From Macrostomum lignano (taxonomy: Eukaryota): 33,243 bases of DNA. Numbering within the stretch: the first letter of the stretch is position 1; each line of letters begins with the position of its first letter. The DNA is taken from positions 1 through 33,243 of the forward strand of contig NIVC01004854.1 in NCBI GenBank assembly GCA_002269645.1. The letters run 5' to 3'. A program made the position numbers and the translations under genes. Positions 1-11,465 of the stretch are shown one piece after another. The notes under the pieces were generated by a model. It did not search any database. It saw nothing but the letters and a program-made list of their open reading frames with translations, and had not been told where the DNA came from.

Positions 1-664
1 GCACTCATTTTAGCGCAAAAGCATCCATTTTAGCGCCAAAAGCACATCATTTTAGCGCCGCAGGCACTCATTTTAGCACCAAAAGCATCCATTTTAGCGC
101 CGCAGGCACTCATTTTAGCGCCAAAAGCATCCATTTTAGCGCCGCAGGCACTCATTTTAGCGCCAAAAGCATCCATTTAGCGCCAAAAGCATCCATTTTA
201 GCGCCGCAGGCACTCATTTAGCGCCAAAGCATCCATTTTAGCGCCGCAGGCACTCATTTTAGCGCCAAAAGCATCTATTTTAGCGCCAAAAGCACTCATT
301 TTAGCGCCGCAGGCACTCATTTTAGCGCCAAAAGCATCCATTTTAGCGCCAAAAGCATCCATTTTAGCGCCAAAAGCATCCATTTTAGCGCCGCAGGCAC
401 TCATTTTAGCGCCAAAAGCATCCATTTTAGCGCCGCAGGCACTCATTTTAGCGCCAAAAGCATCCATTTTAGCGTCAAAAGCATCCATTTTAGCGCCGCA
501 GGCACTCATTTTAGCGCCAAAAGCATCCATTTTAGCGTCAAAAGCATCCATTTTAGCGCCGCAGGCACTCATTTTAGCGCCAAAAGCATCCATTTTAGCG
601 CCGCAGGCACTCATTTTAGCGCCAAAAGCATCCATTTTAGCGCCAAAAGCATCCATTTTAGCGC
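1..664. repeat. 21-bp minisatellite with two alternating variants (TTTTAGCGCCAAAAGCATCCA / TTTTAGCGCCGCAGGCACTCA), truncated by the window start
   Basis: Tandem periodicity read directly; it explains the MDAFGAK/MSACGAK pseudo-ORF. Confidence 0.97.
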
Positions 665-793
665 AATGCTGGATTTGTCAAAAACTCCCAGTGAATTTCG
701 CTTGCAGAAGCAAAAGGTTTTCGAAATGCTATGGAAAGAGTCTGGTGAGCAACAAATCCATGAGCAGGTGGTGCGTAGGATCAAGGCTTAGCG

Positions 794-1363
794 TCAAAGG
801 CCTGGCTGAGCATGCTACCTGTCGGAGTCACCTGACCGAGGCAGGCGGAGGTCAGACTGGATGGACACTGGGGTGCCATTTGAGGTGTCTCCCGAAGACG
901 ATTACCAAACAAAAGCTTCAGATTCGCAGCAAGGACAAACCGAAAAGGGCAAAAGTGCCACAGGTGGCACCTCAAGGCAGACACTGTAGAAAAACAAGAT
1001 AAGTGGAGCCACCGAAGCTGCACCTGAGCTCAGATCAAGCAAGGTCTTCCCGATAAGAGAGTCGACCGATAAGGGAGCTCACCTGAGAAGAGCAGTCATG
1101 CAGCCCCAAGAATCAGCTGACACTGACGTCAATAGTCGTAAGCAACACTGGGCAAGAGAGCTGCATGAGCAGCAGTTCAACTGTGAACTATCTTGAGTAG
1201 CTGCGCGAATTTTGAAAGCTTTGTGATAAGATAAACATTGTCAGTCTGTTGTGGAGCTCACAGTGAGACGCTTTGGCTGCAGCGGAAAGTTCAAGAATCG
1301 AGCCATTGTGCTGTTCAGCTAATCCTTTGCTACGTGTGTGTTTGCATGTGGTTATGGTTCAGC
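794..1363 (+). repeat. Copy 1 of a diverged ~570-bp dispersed direct repeat (copy 2 at 5444-6012)
   Basis: Shared colinear blocks, e.g. TACCTGTCGGAGTCACCTGACCGAGGCAGGC, GAATCAGCTGACACTGACGTCAA, AAGCAACACTGGGCAAGAGAGCTGC, TGAAAGCTTTGTGATAAGATAAA, GCAGCGGAAAGTTCAAGAATC. Confidence 0.92.
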
Positions 1364-1433
1364 ATTTTTTCATTCGTAAAATTATTTGGTAGCTGAAGAA
1401 GCACGGCTTTAAAGTGAGCTGCATTCGAGTTGG

Positions 1434-3205
1434 CTCAGAGATGGGCTGATTGAGAGTGCTCAGAGTAGGGCTGATTGAGAGTGCTCAGAGTAGGGCTGAT
1501 TGAGAGTGCTCAGAGTAGGGCTGAATGGGAGTGCTCAGAGTAGGGCTGAATGGGAGTGCTCAGAGTAGGGCTGAATGGGAGTGCTCAGAGTAGGGCTGAA
1601 TGGGAGTGCTCAGAGTAGGGCTGAATGGAAGTGCTCAGAGTAGGGCTGAATGAGAGTGCTCAGAGTAGGGCTGATTGAGAGTGCTCAGAGTAGGGCTGAA
1701 TGAGAGTGCTCAGAGTAGGGCTGGCTGAATGAGAGTGCTCAGAGTAGGGCTGAATGGGAGTGCTCAGAGTAGGGCTGAATGGAGTGCTCAGAGTAGGGCT
1801 GAATGGGAGTGCTCAGAGTAGGGCTGAATGGAAGTGCTCAGAGTAGGGCTGAATGAGAGTGCTCAGAGTAGGGCTGATTGAGAGTGCTCAGAGTAGGGCT
1901 GAATGAGAGTGCTCAGAGTAGGGCTGAATGGGAGTGCTCAGAGTAGGGCTGAATGGGAGTGCTCAGAGTAGGGCTGAATGGGAGTGCTCAGAGTAGGGCT
2001 GAATGGGAGTGCTCAGAGTAGGGCTGAATGGGAGTGCTCAGAGTAGGGCTGAATGGGAGTGCTCAGAGTAGGGCTGAATGGGAGTGCTCAGAGTAGGGCT
2101 GAATGGAAGTGCTCAGAGTAGGGCTGAATGAGAGTGCTCAGAGTAGGGCTGATTGAGAGTGCTCAGAGTAGGGCTGAATGAGAGTGCTCAGAGTAGGGCT
2201 GGCTGAATGAGAGTGCTCAGAGTAGGGCTGAATGGGAGTGCTCAGAGTAGGGCTGAATGGGAGTGCTCAGAGTAGGGCTGAATGGGAGTGCTCAGAGTAG
2301 GGCTGAATGGAAGTGCTCAGAGTAGGGCTGAATGAGAGTGCTCAGAGTAGGGCTGATTGAGAGTGCTCAGAGTAGGGCTGAATGAGAGTGCTCAGAGTAG
2401 GGCTGAATGGGAGTGCTCAGAGTAGGGCTGAATGGGAGTGCTCAGAGTAGGGCTGAATGGGAGTGCTCAGAGTAGGGCTGAATGGGAGTGCTCAGAGTAG
2501 GGCTGAATGGGAGTGCTCAGAGTAGGGCTGAATGGGAGTGCTCAGAGTAGGGCTGAATGGGAGTGCTCAGAGTAGGGCTGAATGGAAGTGCTCAGAGTAG
2601 GGCTGAATGAGAGTGCTCAGAGTAGGGCTGATTGAGAGTGCTCAGAGTAGGGCTGAATGAGAGTGCTCAGAGTAGGGCTGGCTGAATGAGAGTGCTCAGA
2701 GTAGGGCTGAATGGGAGTGCTCAGAGTAGGGCTGAATGGGAGTGCTCAGAGTAGGGCTGAATGGGAGTGCTCAGAGTAGGGCTGAATGGAAGTGCTCAGA
2801 GTAGGGCTGAATGAGAGTGCTCAGAGTAGGGCTGATTGAGAGTGCTCAGAGTAGGGCTGAATGAGAGTGCTCAGAGTAGGGCTGGCTGAATGAGAGTGCT
2901 CAGAGTAGGGCTGAATGGGAGTGCTCAGAGTAGGGCTGAATGGGAGTGCTCAGAGTAGGGCTGAATGGGAGTGCTCAGAGTAGGGCTGAATGAGAGTGCT
3001 CAGAGTAGGGCTGAATTGGAGTGCTCAGAGTAGGGCTGAATGAGAGTGCTCAGAGTAGGGCTGAATGGGAGTGCTCAGAGTAGGGCTGAATGGGAGTGCT
3101 CAGAGTAGGGCTGAATGGGAGTGCTCAGAGTAGGGCTGATTGAGAGTGATCAGAGTAGGGCTGAATGGGAGTGCTCAGAGTAGGGCTGAATGAGAGTGCT
3201 CAGAG
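1434..3205. repeat. 25-bp minisatellite (GAGTGCTCAGAGTAGGGCTGAATGG), about 70 copies, with higher-order structure
   Basis: Direct periodicity; a variant with a 4-nt GCTG duplication recurs at 1721, 2199, 2678 and 2882. Confidence 0.98.
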
Positions 3206-3574
3206 AAGACTCCAAAGCTAATGCTAGAGAAACACTCACCGTTAAGTAAGTTAAGTAACAATTCTAAGCAGTTTGGTACACATTCTGGTTTGAAGGGCAT
3301 TATGAGGCTTATGATCTGCGGCGAGTGTGAGGCCATTTAGTTATTTTTTAGGTGAATAACGCCTCGGTGAATGCAAGCGACTGGTTGATTGGTGCTTGAT
3401 AAATTATTGAAACAGTTTCACTGAAAACTTCTAACTAAACCAGACTGCCATTTTGGTATTAAATCTATTTCAGTTTTCATATTCTCCCTAAACTGGTTCT
3501 GTGTTATGCTATTGTTAGCACCTAGACTGTTGAAGTACCTTGATACTCAGTTTCTTTTTCCTCAGTTCCTTTGG

Positions 3575-4080
3575 CACACACAGCTACAGCACTTAAAACA
3601 GCTACAGCACAAACAGCTACAGCACACAAAGCTACAGCACACACAGCTACAGCACACACAGCTACAGCACACACAGCTACAGCACAGATCCAGCACACAC
3701 AGCTACAGCACACACAGCTACAGCACAAACAGCTACAGCACACAGCTACAGCACACACAGCTACAGCACACACAGCTACAGCACACAGCTACAGCACACA
3801 CAGCTACAGCACAAACAGCTACAGCACACAGCTACAGCACACACAGCTACAGCACACAGCTACAGCACACATAGCTACAGCACAAACAGCTACAGCACAC
3901 AGCTACATGTACAGCACACAGCTACAGCACACACAGCTACAGCACAAACAGCTACAGCACACAGCTACAGCACACACAGCTACAGCACACAGCTACAGCA
4001 CACAGCTACAGCACACAGCTACAGCACACAGCTACAGCACACAGCTACAGCACACAGCTACAGCACACACAGCTACAGCA
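3575..4080. repeat. 13-15-bp minisatellite (GCTACAGCACACA[CA])
   Basis: Direct periodicity; it ends about 40 bp before the kinase splice acceptor. Confidence 0.96.
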
Positions 4081-4120
4081 TGCAAATTATCCCTAATTGC
4101 CTCAATTCGCATCCTCTCAG

Positions 4121-4601
4121 ACCCGAAGGCCCCCCGTTCCTGGAGCGCTGGGACGCCGTTCGCCTCATCGGCCGCGGAGGCTTCGGCGAAGTCCACGAAG
4201 TTCGAACTGACACGGGCGTCACGTGCGCTGCCAAGACTCTCAGACTGCCTGTGCAGCTCGGTGATGAACTGCCCTCTGTGAGCACAGAGATCCAAAGAGC
4301 TGTCGAGAGCGAGAGAAACCTGTGCCAACATCGTCAGGTTCTTGCACATCGCTCAGCCGGAGCCCGCCACAGTCGTAGTGTTCATGGAGCTGCTGGACGG
4401 CCGAAGCTTGGAGAGGTTTATCGACAACAAGCCGCTGGACGAACCAAAGATTCGTGAGTTCAGCGTGTAGGCGACCATTGTGCATCCTTGATGCTCCTGT
4501 TCCATGTTCCCATGAATGATGACTGCTCACTGACCGACCGCTCGCAGATCTGCCGCGCGCTACTCTACCTGCACAGCCGGCAGCCGCCCGTGATCCACAG
4601 A
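4121..4601 (+). pseudogene. Ser/Thr protein kinase fragment (subdomains I to VIb start); two exons 4121-4470 and 4548-4601
   Basis: Gly-loop IGRGGFGEV (4167-4193), AAK lysine (4233-4235), alphaC ESERNL. After a frameshift at ~4326: NIVRFLH...VFMELLDG.SLERFI. In-frame TAG at 4468-4470. Intron 4471-4547 (GC...CTGAC...CAG), then ICRALLYLHSRQPPVIHR. Similarity stops before the D of HRD. Acceptor CTCTCAG at 4114-4120. Confidence 0.88.
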
Positions 4602-4613
4602 TCCGCTAGCAGT

Positions 4614-4748
4614 ATGTCGGTACCTTTGCAACTGCCACCGCCGGAGCCTTTTGATAAACAGAAAGAGCCACATAACCTATCGGCAAGGTGGGCAGAATTG
4701 GCCAACCGTCTCAAGTGCTTCGTCACTTCATGCGGCATCGAGGACCCT
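4614..4748 (+). mobile_element. Possible Ty3/gypsy-type Gag N-terminal fragment
   Basis: MSVPLQLPPPEPFDKQKEPHNLSARWAELANRLKCFVTSCGIEDP resembles the PP.PFD...EP.NL..RW..W..RF......GI.D pattern of animal LTR-retrotransposon Gag N-termini (recognised by eye; no LTR or pol seen). Confidence 0.5.
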
Positions 4749-5443
4749 ACTCTACTTTTTTCCATTCGCAGTTAATTGAGCCTTTATCCAGATGAACCTT
4801 TAGGGAATGAACCCAGGCAGTAATCAACTAAATGTTCCTGCGAGAATAGAAAATGTTATTAGAACAAGTCATGAAGTTGCTATAAATTCATGGAAGCAAG
4901 TAATCCATGTCCTGCGAAGTTGAAAGTCCTCAGGTTTGAATTCTGATGGAGAATGGGGAAGCTGTGTTGAGCTAGAATCTGATGGTGAATGGGGAAACTG
5001 TGCTAAGCTTGGATCTGATGAAGCAGAGAGCGGCAATCATTGCACAAGAGTTTTGCATTGGTTTCCACAGAAGTATTGAAGCACATTGGAGTTCATTCAT
5101 TAGCTGAGGCAGGGTTCGTGTCCTCAGATTTGTCGGCTGGGCACACGCATTGGCTGAAAGCAAAGTCCTGACAGTTGAATTGGGATGCATTACAGCACAA
5201 ATACTTCACTTCATCATGTTGCAGAATTGGAATAAATGCCAAGCATTAGCAATATGACTGCCCCCAAGCCGAATCATGTGCATTTGAGTTTTTTATAAGT
5301 TAAACTTCTTCAGCTGATAACTTGTCTGCACATTTTCCATGCATTAGCCATGAGTGCTTGGTTTTCATGATTTTATTAGAATGGAAAATCAGATCCATGA
5401 CTTGCAGAGGCTGAGAGGCTGTCTTGGAGTGGAGTCTTTTGTT

Positions 5444-6012
5444 TCAAAGGCCTGGCTAAGCATGTTAGCTCGTACCTGTCGGAGTCACCTGACCGAGGCA
5501 GGCAGATGTCGAACTGGACACTGGAGTGTAAGCGAGATGTCTCACGAAGACGATGACCAAACAAGAGCTTCAGATTCGCAGCAAGGACAGACCGAAACAA
5601 AAACAAAAATTGCCGCAGGTCGCACATAGAATCAGACCCAGGAGAAAACAAGATAAGTTGAGACACCGAAGCAGCAACGCAGCTCAGAGCAAGCTCTTCC
5701 CCAATAAGAGAGTCGCAAAGAGCTGATCTGAGGAGAGCAGCTAGCCAAATGCAGCCCCAGGAATCAGCTGACACTGACGTCAAGGGTCGAAAGCAACACT
5801 GGGCAAGAGAGCTGCGTGAGCAGCTGTTCAACTGTTGACTATTTTGAGCAGCTGTGCGATCGTTGAAAGCTTTGTGATAAGATAAAGATTATCAGTCGGT
5901 TGTTGTGCTCACAGTGGAGCAATTTAATTGCAGCGGAAAGTTCAAGAATCACGCCATTGTGCTGTTCAGAAATCCCTTGCTGCTTTCGCCTTGCATGTGA
6001 TCATGATTAAGC
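5444..6012 (+). repeat. Copy 2 of the diverged ~570-bp dispersed direct repeat (copy 1 at 794-1363)
   Basis: Same colinear blocks as copy 1, with indels. Confidence 0.92.
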
Positions 6013-6173
6013 CAGCTGGCTCCACTTTATAATACTATAAGAACTTATTAAAGATAAAGTTGCTTCTTGTTGTTTGAATTTGAAACCGAAAAAATCTGAG
6101 AAATTATTTTAGCTCTTATTATGCAAAATTTAAAATTAAGTGTGTAAAATTCTAATCGGGTTGAGCTTATAAG

Positions 6174-7831
6174 GTGCTGAGAGATTCTGAGATGATGACA
6201 GATTCTGAGATGATGACAGATTATGAGATGATGACAGATTCTGAGATGATGACAGATTCTGAGATGATGACAGATTCTGAGATGATGACAGATTTTGAGA
6301 TGATGACAGATTCTGAGATGCTAAGAGATTCTGAGATGATGAGAGATTCTGAGATGATAAGAGATTCTGAGATGCTAAGAGATTCTGAGATGATGAGAGA
6401 TTCTGAGATGATAAGAGATTCTGAGATGATGAGAGATTCTGAGATGATAAGAGATTCTGAGATGAGGACAGATTCTGAGATGATGGGAGATTCTGAGGTG
6501 ATACATGTAAGATATTCTGAGATGCTAAGAGATTCTGAGATGCTAAGAGATTCTGAGATGCTAAGAGATTCTGAGATGCTAAGAGATTCTGAGATGATGA
6601 CAGATTCTGAGATGATGACAGATTCTGAGATGATGACAGATTCTGAGATGATGACAGATTCTGAGATGATGACAGATTCTGAGATGCTAAGAGATTCTGA
6701 GATGATGACAGATTCTGAGATGATGACAGATTCTGAGATGATGACAGATTCTGAGATGATGACAGATTCTGAGGTGATGAGAGATTCTGAGGTGATGAGA
6801 GATTCTGAGGTGATGAGAGATTCTGAGGTGATGGGAGATTCTGAGATGAGGACAGATTCTGAGATGATGACAGATTCTGAGGTGATGAGAGATTCTGAGA
6901 TGATGGGAGATTCTGAGGTGATACATGTAAGATATTCTGAGATGCTAAGAGATTCTGAGATGCTAAGAGATTCTGAGATGCTAAGAGATTCTGAGATGCT
7001 AAGAGATTCTGAGATGATGACAGATTCTGAGATGATGACAGATTCTGAGATGATGACAGATTCTGAGATGATGACAGATTCTGAGATGATGGGAGATTCT
7101 GAGGTGATGAGAGATTCTGAGATGATGGGAGATTCTGAGGTGATACATGTAAGATATTCTGAGATGCTGAGAGATTCTGAAATGATGGGAGATTCTGAGA
7201 TGAGGACAGATTCTGAGATGATGACAGATTCTGAGGTGATGAGAGATTCTGAGATGATGGGAGATTCTGAGGTGATACATGTAAGATATTCTGAGATGCT
7301 AAGAGATTCTGAGATGCTAAGAGATTCTGAGATGCTAAGAGATTCTGAGATGATGACAGATTCTGAGATGATGACAGATTCTGAGATGATGACAGATTCT
7401 GAGATGATGGGAGATTCTGAGGTGATGAGAGATTCTGAGATGATGGGAGATTCTGAGGTGATACATGTAAGATATTCTGAGATGCTGAGAGATTCTGAGA
7501 TGATGGGAGATTCTGAGGTGATATATGTAAGATATTCTGAGATGCTAAGAGATTCTGAGATGCTAAGAGATTCTGAGATGCTAAGAGATTCTGAGATGAT
7601 GACAGATTCTGAGATGATGACAGATTCTGAGATGATGACAGATTCTGAGATGATGGGAGATTCTGAGGTGATGAGAGATTCTGAGATGATGGGAGATTCT
7701 GAGGTGATACATGTAAGATATTCTGAGATGCTAAGAGATTCTGAGATGAGGACAGATTATGAGATGATGACAGATTCTGAGATGATGGGAGATTCTGAGG
7801 TTATGAGAGATTCTGAGATGCTGAGAGATTC
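6174..7831. repeat. 18-bp minisatellite (GATTCTGAGATGATGACA and variants), with a recurring longer variant carrying TACATGTA
   Basis: Direct periodicity; the 553-aa MMTDSE ORF is a by-product of an 18-bp stop-free unit. Confidence 0.97.
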
Positions 7832-8657
7832 ATAGCGAGAGCATCGCCGAATACACGTAAACAAGCGGGCCTTCAAATAATTTTGCGTTAATTGATCTTG
7901 CCTCTTTCACTGGTTGGAATATCGGCTTCACTCGCCAAGCGTCACCTACATTCCCCAGACCCCTAGTGGTCCGGACCGCCACAAGTCACATCCGGATACC
8001 TTACCCAGCATCTTTGAGCAACCCGTACCCGTGACTGCCTGAACCTGGTCCTTTGCCTAAAGCTTTTTAGTGGCCTTAAACTCCAAGCAATCACGGAAGT
8101 TTATCAATACTCACTGCCAGCCCTACCAACTCTACTGAGGTCTGTTGCCCTGCGGAACCAGCATTGCGATCTGTCAACAGTGCCGGTTCTTCCGGACGAG
8201 CTGCTTAGCACGGACCACTGGCTCGAGTCGCTCTTTGAGGCGATTCTTATTCTGAGATCAGACAGTTCCGCCCTTTTTGCCAGCTGTAAAACTTGACTCA
8301 ATGTACGGCTGAGGAGGAAACCCTCACCTGTTGCTCTTGTTGCTTCTACCATTTTTAAACCAATTGGGTGCTTCTGATTGATTTGCGCTACGGCGCTGAC
8401 CGGCGTTTGTGTACGCTGCCCACCCCCTCGTGTGTTTGCATCTCCCCTCGCCAACACGCACCCCTCCTCCTCGTGGGGGTGGGGCCGGGGGTTTTATGCT
8501 GTGTTTTGGGGCAGTTGCATCGCTGCCTTGGTTGATTTTTTAAGATTCATAGAATATTGCATGACGAATGAACTGGGTCAGCTTGCCGGTTTCTTTTGAC
8601 TTCCTCGCTGAGAACTTAAGAGTAGCTGACCACTGTAGCCCTCTCAAACTGGAAGGC

Positions 8658-8990
8658 AACATTTTAAATCTACACCTCTTACCTTCCAACTCTCTGAACC
8701 TGAGACGAAGCTGCTAAATAAGAGACTCGATTTTATTCCAACCCAAGCTCCTGACACTGATGATCTGGGAACTGTATGCTGGAATTTCATTGCACACTTT
8801 TTCAGAAAGACTTTTTCAAACAAAGGGATCTTGCCAAAAGCAGCCTCCCCCTTAGAGAAATCAGTGAAGAAGGTTTCCCCTGGATTTCAAAGTAATGAGT
8901 GCAACCTGTTTGCTCTTGAGAACCAGAAACTCGTAAATGATCCATACCCGACTAGATCGGATGCTGAGATAATAAAACCGAGTAAAAAAT
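8658..8990 (+). mobile_element. Possible degenerate Penelope-like retroelement N-terminal fragment
   Basis: NILNL followed by a frame change to TFQLSEPETKLLNKRLDFIPT...NFIAHFF; this resembles the NLS..LS..E..LL.KGL.F.PT motif preceding the RT of Penelope-like elements. No RT core seen. Confidence 0.45.
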
Positions 8991-9108
8991 AATAAAACTG
9001 GCCGAGTGACGTTGCTGTGTAAGGTTTAATCAAAGAATGCTACTGTAAGTAGAGCAATGCACACATGCGCAGCAAAACTTAAGCTATGAATCAAGTTACT
9101 ATTTATAT

Positions 9109-9310
9109 CTAACAAATGACACCCGCACCTCCTACACGCATTGCTCTGCACAGCTCCCAGTGCTGCACGGTCTGTGGATCATATGTGTAGCAGCCCATGA
9201 GATCCAGCACAGCCATCCCGTGGCAGTCGCAGCCCGCAGTCCTGCTTCCAGCCTTCGCTGAGGAGTAGTAGCTGTGCACCAGTTGGAGGCCAGGGTCGCA
9301 AAAGCCGAAT
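9109..9310 (-). CDS. Candidate terminal exon of an unidentified Cys-containing protein (FGFCDPGLQ...WELCRAMRVGGAGVIC*)
   Basis: GC-rich open frame with GC3-biased codons; upstream pyrimidine tract, CTGAC branch-like motif and CAG acceptor (9311-9313); TAG at 9109-9111. Confidence 0.45.
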
Positions 9311-9343
9311 CTGTTGCCAGCAGGCGTGTCAGCGATAGGCAGC

Positions 9344-10420
9344 ACAGGGAGGGGGCAAATCGGACATCAGGGAGGTGGCAATTCGGACATCAGGGAGGTG
9401 GCAAATCGGACATCAGGAAGGAGGCAAATCGGACTTTAGGAAGGAGGCAAATAGGACATCAGGGAGGTGGAAATTAAATCGGACATCAAGGAGGTGGCAA
9501 TTAAATCGGACATCAAGGAGGTGGCAATTAAATCGGACATCAGGGAGGTGGCAATTAAATCGGACATCAAGGAGGTGGCAATTAAATCGGACATCAAGGA
9601 GGTGGCAATTAAATCGGACATCAGGGAGGTGGCAATTAAATCGGACATCAAGGAAGTGGCAATTAAATCGGACATCAGGGAAGTGGCAATTAAATCGGAC
9701 ATCAAGGAGGTGGCAATTAAATCGGACATCAGGGAGGTGGCAATTAAATCGGACATCAGGGAGGTGGCAAATAGGACATCAGGGAGGTGGCAATTAAATC
9801 GGACATCAAGGAGGTGGCAATTAAATCGGACATCAAGGAGGTGGCAATTAAATCGGACATCAGGGAGGTGGCAAATAGGACATCAGGGAGGTGGCAATTA
9901 AATCGGACATCAGGGAAGTGGCAAATCGGACATCAGGGAGGTGGCAATTAAATCGGACATCAGGGAGGTGGCAAATAGGACATCAGGGAGGTGGCAATTA
10001 AATCGGACATCAGGGAGGTGGCAATTAAATCGGACATCAGGGAGGTGGCAATTAAATCGGACATCAGGGAGGTGGCAATTAAATCGGACATCAGGGAAGT
10101 GACAAATCGGACATCAGGGAGGTGGCAATTAAATCGGACATCAGGGAGGTGGCAAATAGGACATCAGGGAGGTGGCAATTAAATCGGACATCAGGGAGGT
10201 GGCAATTAAATCGGACATCAGGGAGGTGGCAATTAAATCGGACATCAGGGAGGTGGCAATTAAATCGGACATCAGGGAAGTGACAAATCGGACATCAGGG
10301 AGGTGGCAATTAAATCGGACATCAGGGAGGTGGCACATCGGACATCAGGGAGGTGGCACATCGGAAATCAGGGAGGTGGCACATCGGAAATCAGGGAGGT
10401 GGCAAATCGGAAATCAGGGA
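9344..10420. repeat. 27-bp minisatellite (AATTAAATCGGACATCAGGGAGGTGGC) with 22-bp variants at both ends
   Basis: Direct periodicity; it explains the AIKSDIREV / WQLNRTSGR pseudo-ORFs. Confidence 0.97.
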
Positions 10421-11465
10421 GTTCGCTTCATCTTCAATAGCAGATTAGCAGTAGCAGATTCTCCCAATATAACTTGCAATGTGTCGAGTAGGAAAGAGAA
10501 AAAAATGGTTTCGCTACTTCCAGTAATATGTACTGTATAAGCTACATGTATGTAATAAGCTTTCATACTACTTAAAAAATTAATGCACATTTTTAAGCAG
10601 TCTGCATAGCTACACAACAAATAACAAATAAAGAGTCGTAACTTTGCGGGAAAAACATTTATTGATGATCCCACAAAATGGTACTGTAACAGGTTATCAT
10701 AGGTAGTCTCTGAAGGCCTCTCACACCAACTACCTTACACGCCTGCTACCCCTCTGCCTCGGCAGACAGAAACTTCGAAAAGCTGAGACAAGTCCTTCTC
10801 TTAGGTTTGAGCTCAAACTTTACTCAACTCGGCAGTGGAGAAGCATTGTGCTGGGGCAGTGTTGGGTGGTGGCGTGATATTTTTTCGCCCCACCCATCTT
10901 ATTTGCTTGTTTGCATAGTTAGCTAGTTAGATGAATTAACACAGAGAGGGCACGCTGGGTCTGTGTGACTGTTTTAGTGCAGGCAAATGGATGGGTCTAA
11001 CATTAAATACTATGATAGTTTGTAACAGCATATCAGCATTTTGAACGCTGATAGGTGCAAGTTTAGTGAAAATTGGTTAAGCAAAGTCAATCTAGTTCAT
11101 GAACCTTATTTCATATATTTACACTGTATAACCATATGCTTAAAGACTGATTTTTACATATTAATTAAGCCACCCGGAATTATCATCAATTGTTCTGTTA
11201 GACAGCCATTGGTTTCGCTTTGCAGTGACGCCTGCAGGCATTTTGCTTTGGCAGTCACTGTGAAAGCTACTCACACGGATCGCCACGGGAAGGCTGCTGT
11301 CTGCGGATCCGCATTATTTATTTTTTTAAATAAAAATAATAGTTTTTTTGTTTTTTTTGTTTTTTTATCTTTTTTAATTTTATTTATTTATTATTATTAT
11401 TATTTTAAAAAATAAAAATTGGGAGGAGCTACTGAAGTAGCTTCAGTTTATTTGCAATTTATATA

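Noticed and set aside
666-791. 41-codon + strand ORF MLDLSKTPSEFRLQKQKVFEMLWKESGEQQIHEQVVRRIKA
   Set aside because: Protein-like but short, with no recognisable motif or clear splice context.
4942-5030. Imperfect 36-bp tandem repeat (SDGEWGSCVELE / SDGEWGNCAKLG)
   Set aside because: Only about 2.5 copies in a frame bounded by stops; no family recognised.
6174-7835. 553-aa ORF of MMTDSE repeats
   Set aside because: It is the translation of an 18-bp minisatellite that lacks stops in one frame; it has no unique N- or C-terminal sequence and a non-ATG start. The same applies to the repeat ORFs at 198-656, 3506-4281, 9375-10540, 11828-13286, 24574-25627, 26547-26962, 29287-30362 and 32323-32886.
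10805-10818. Perfect 14-bp palindrome GTTTGAGCTCAAAC
   Set aside because: About two such palindromes are expected by chance in 33 kb.
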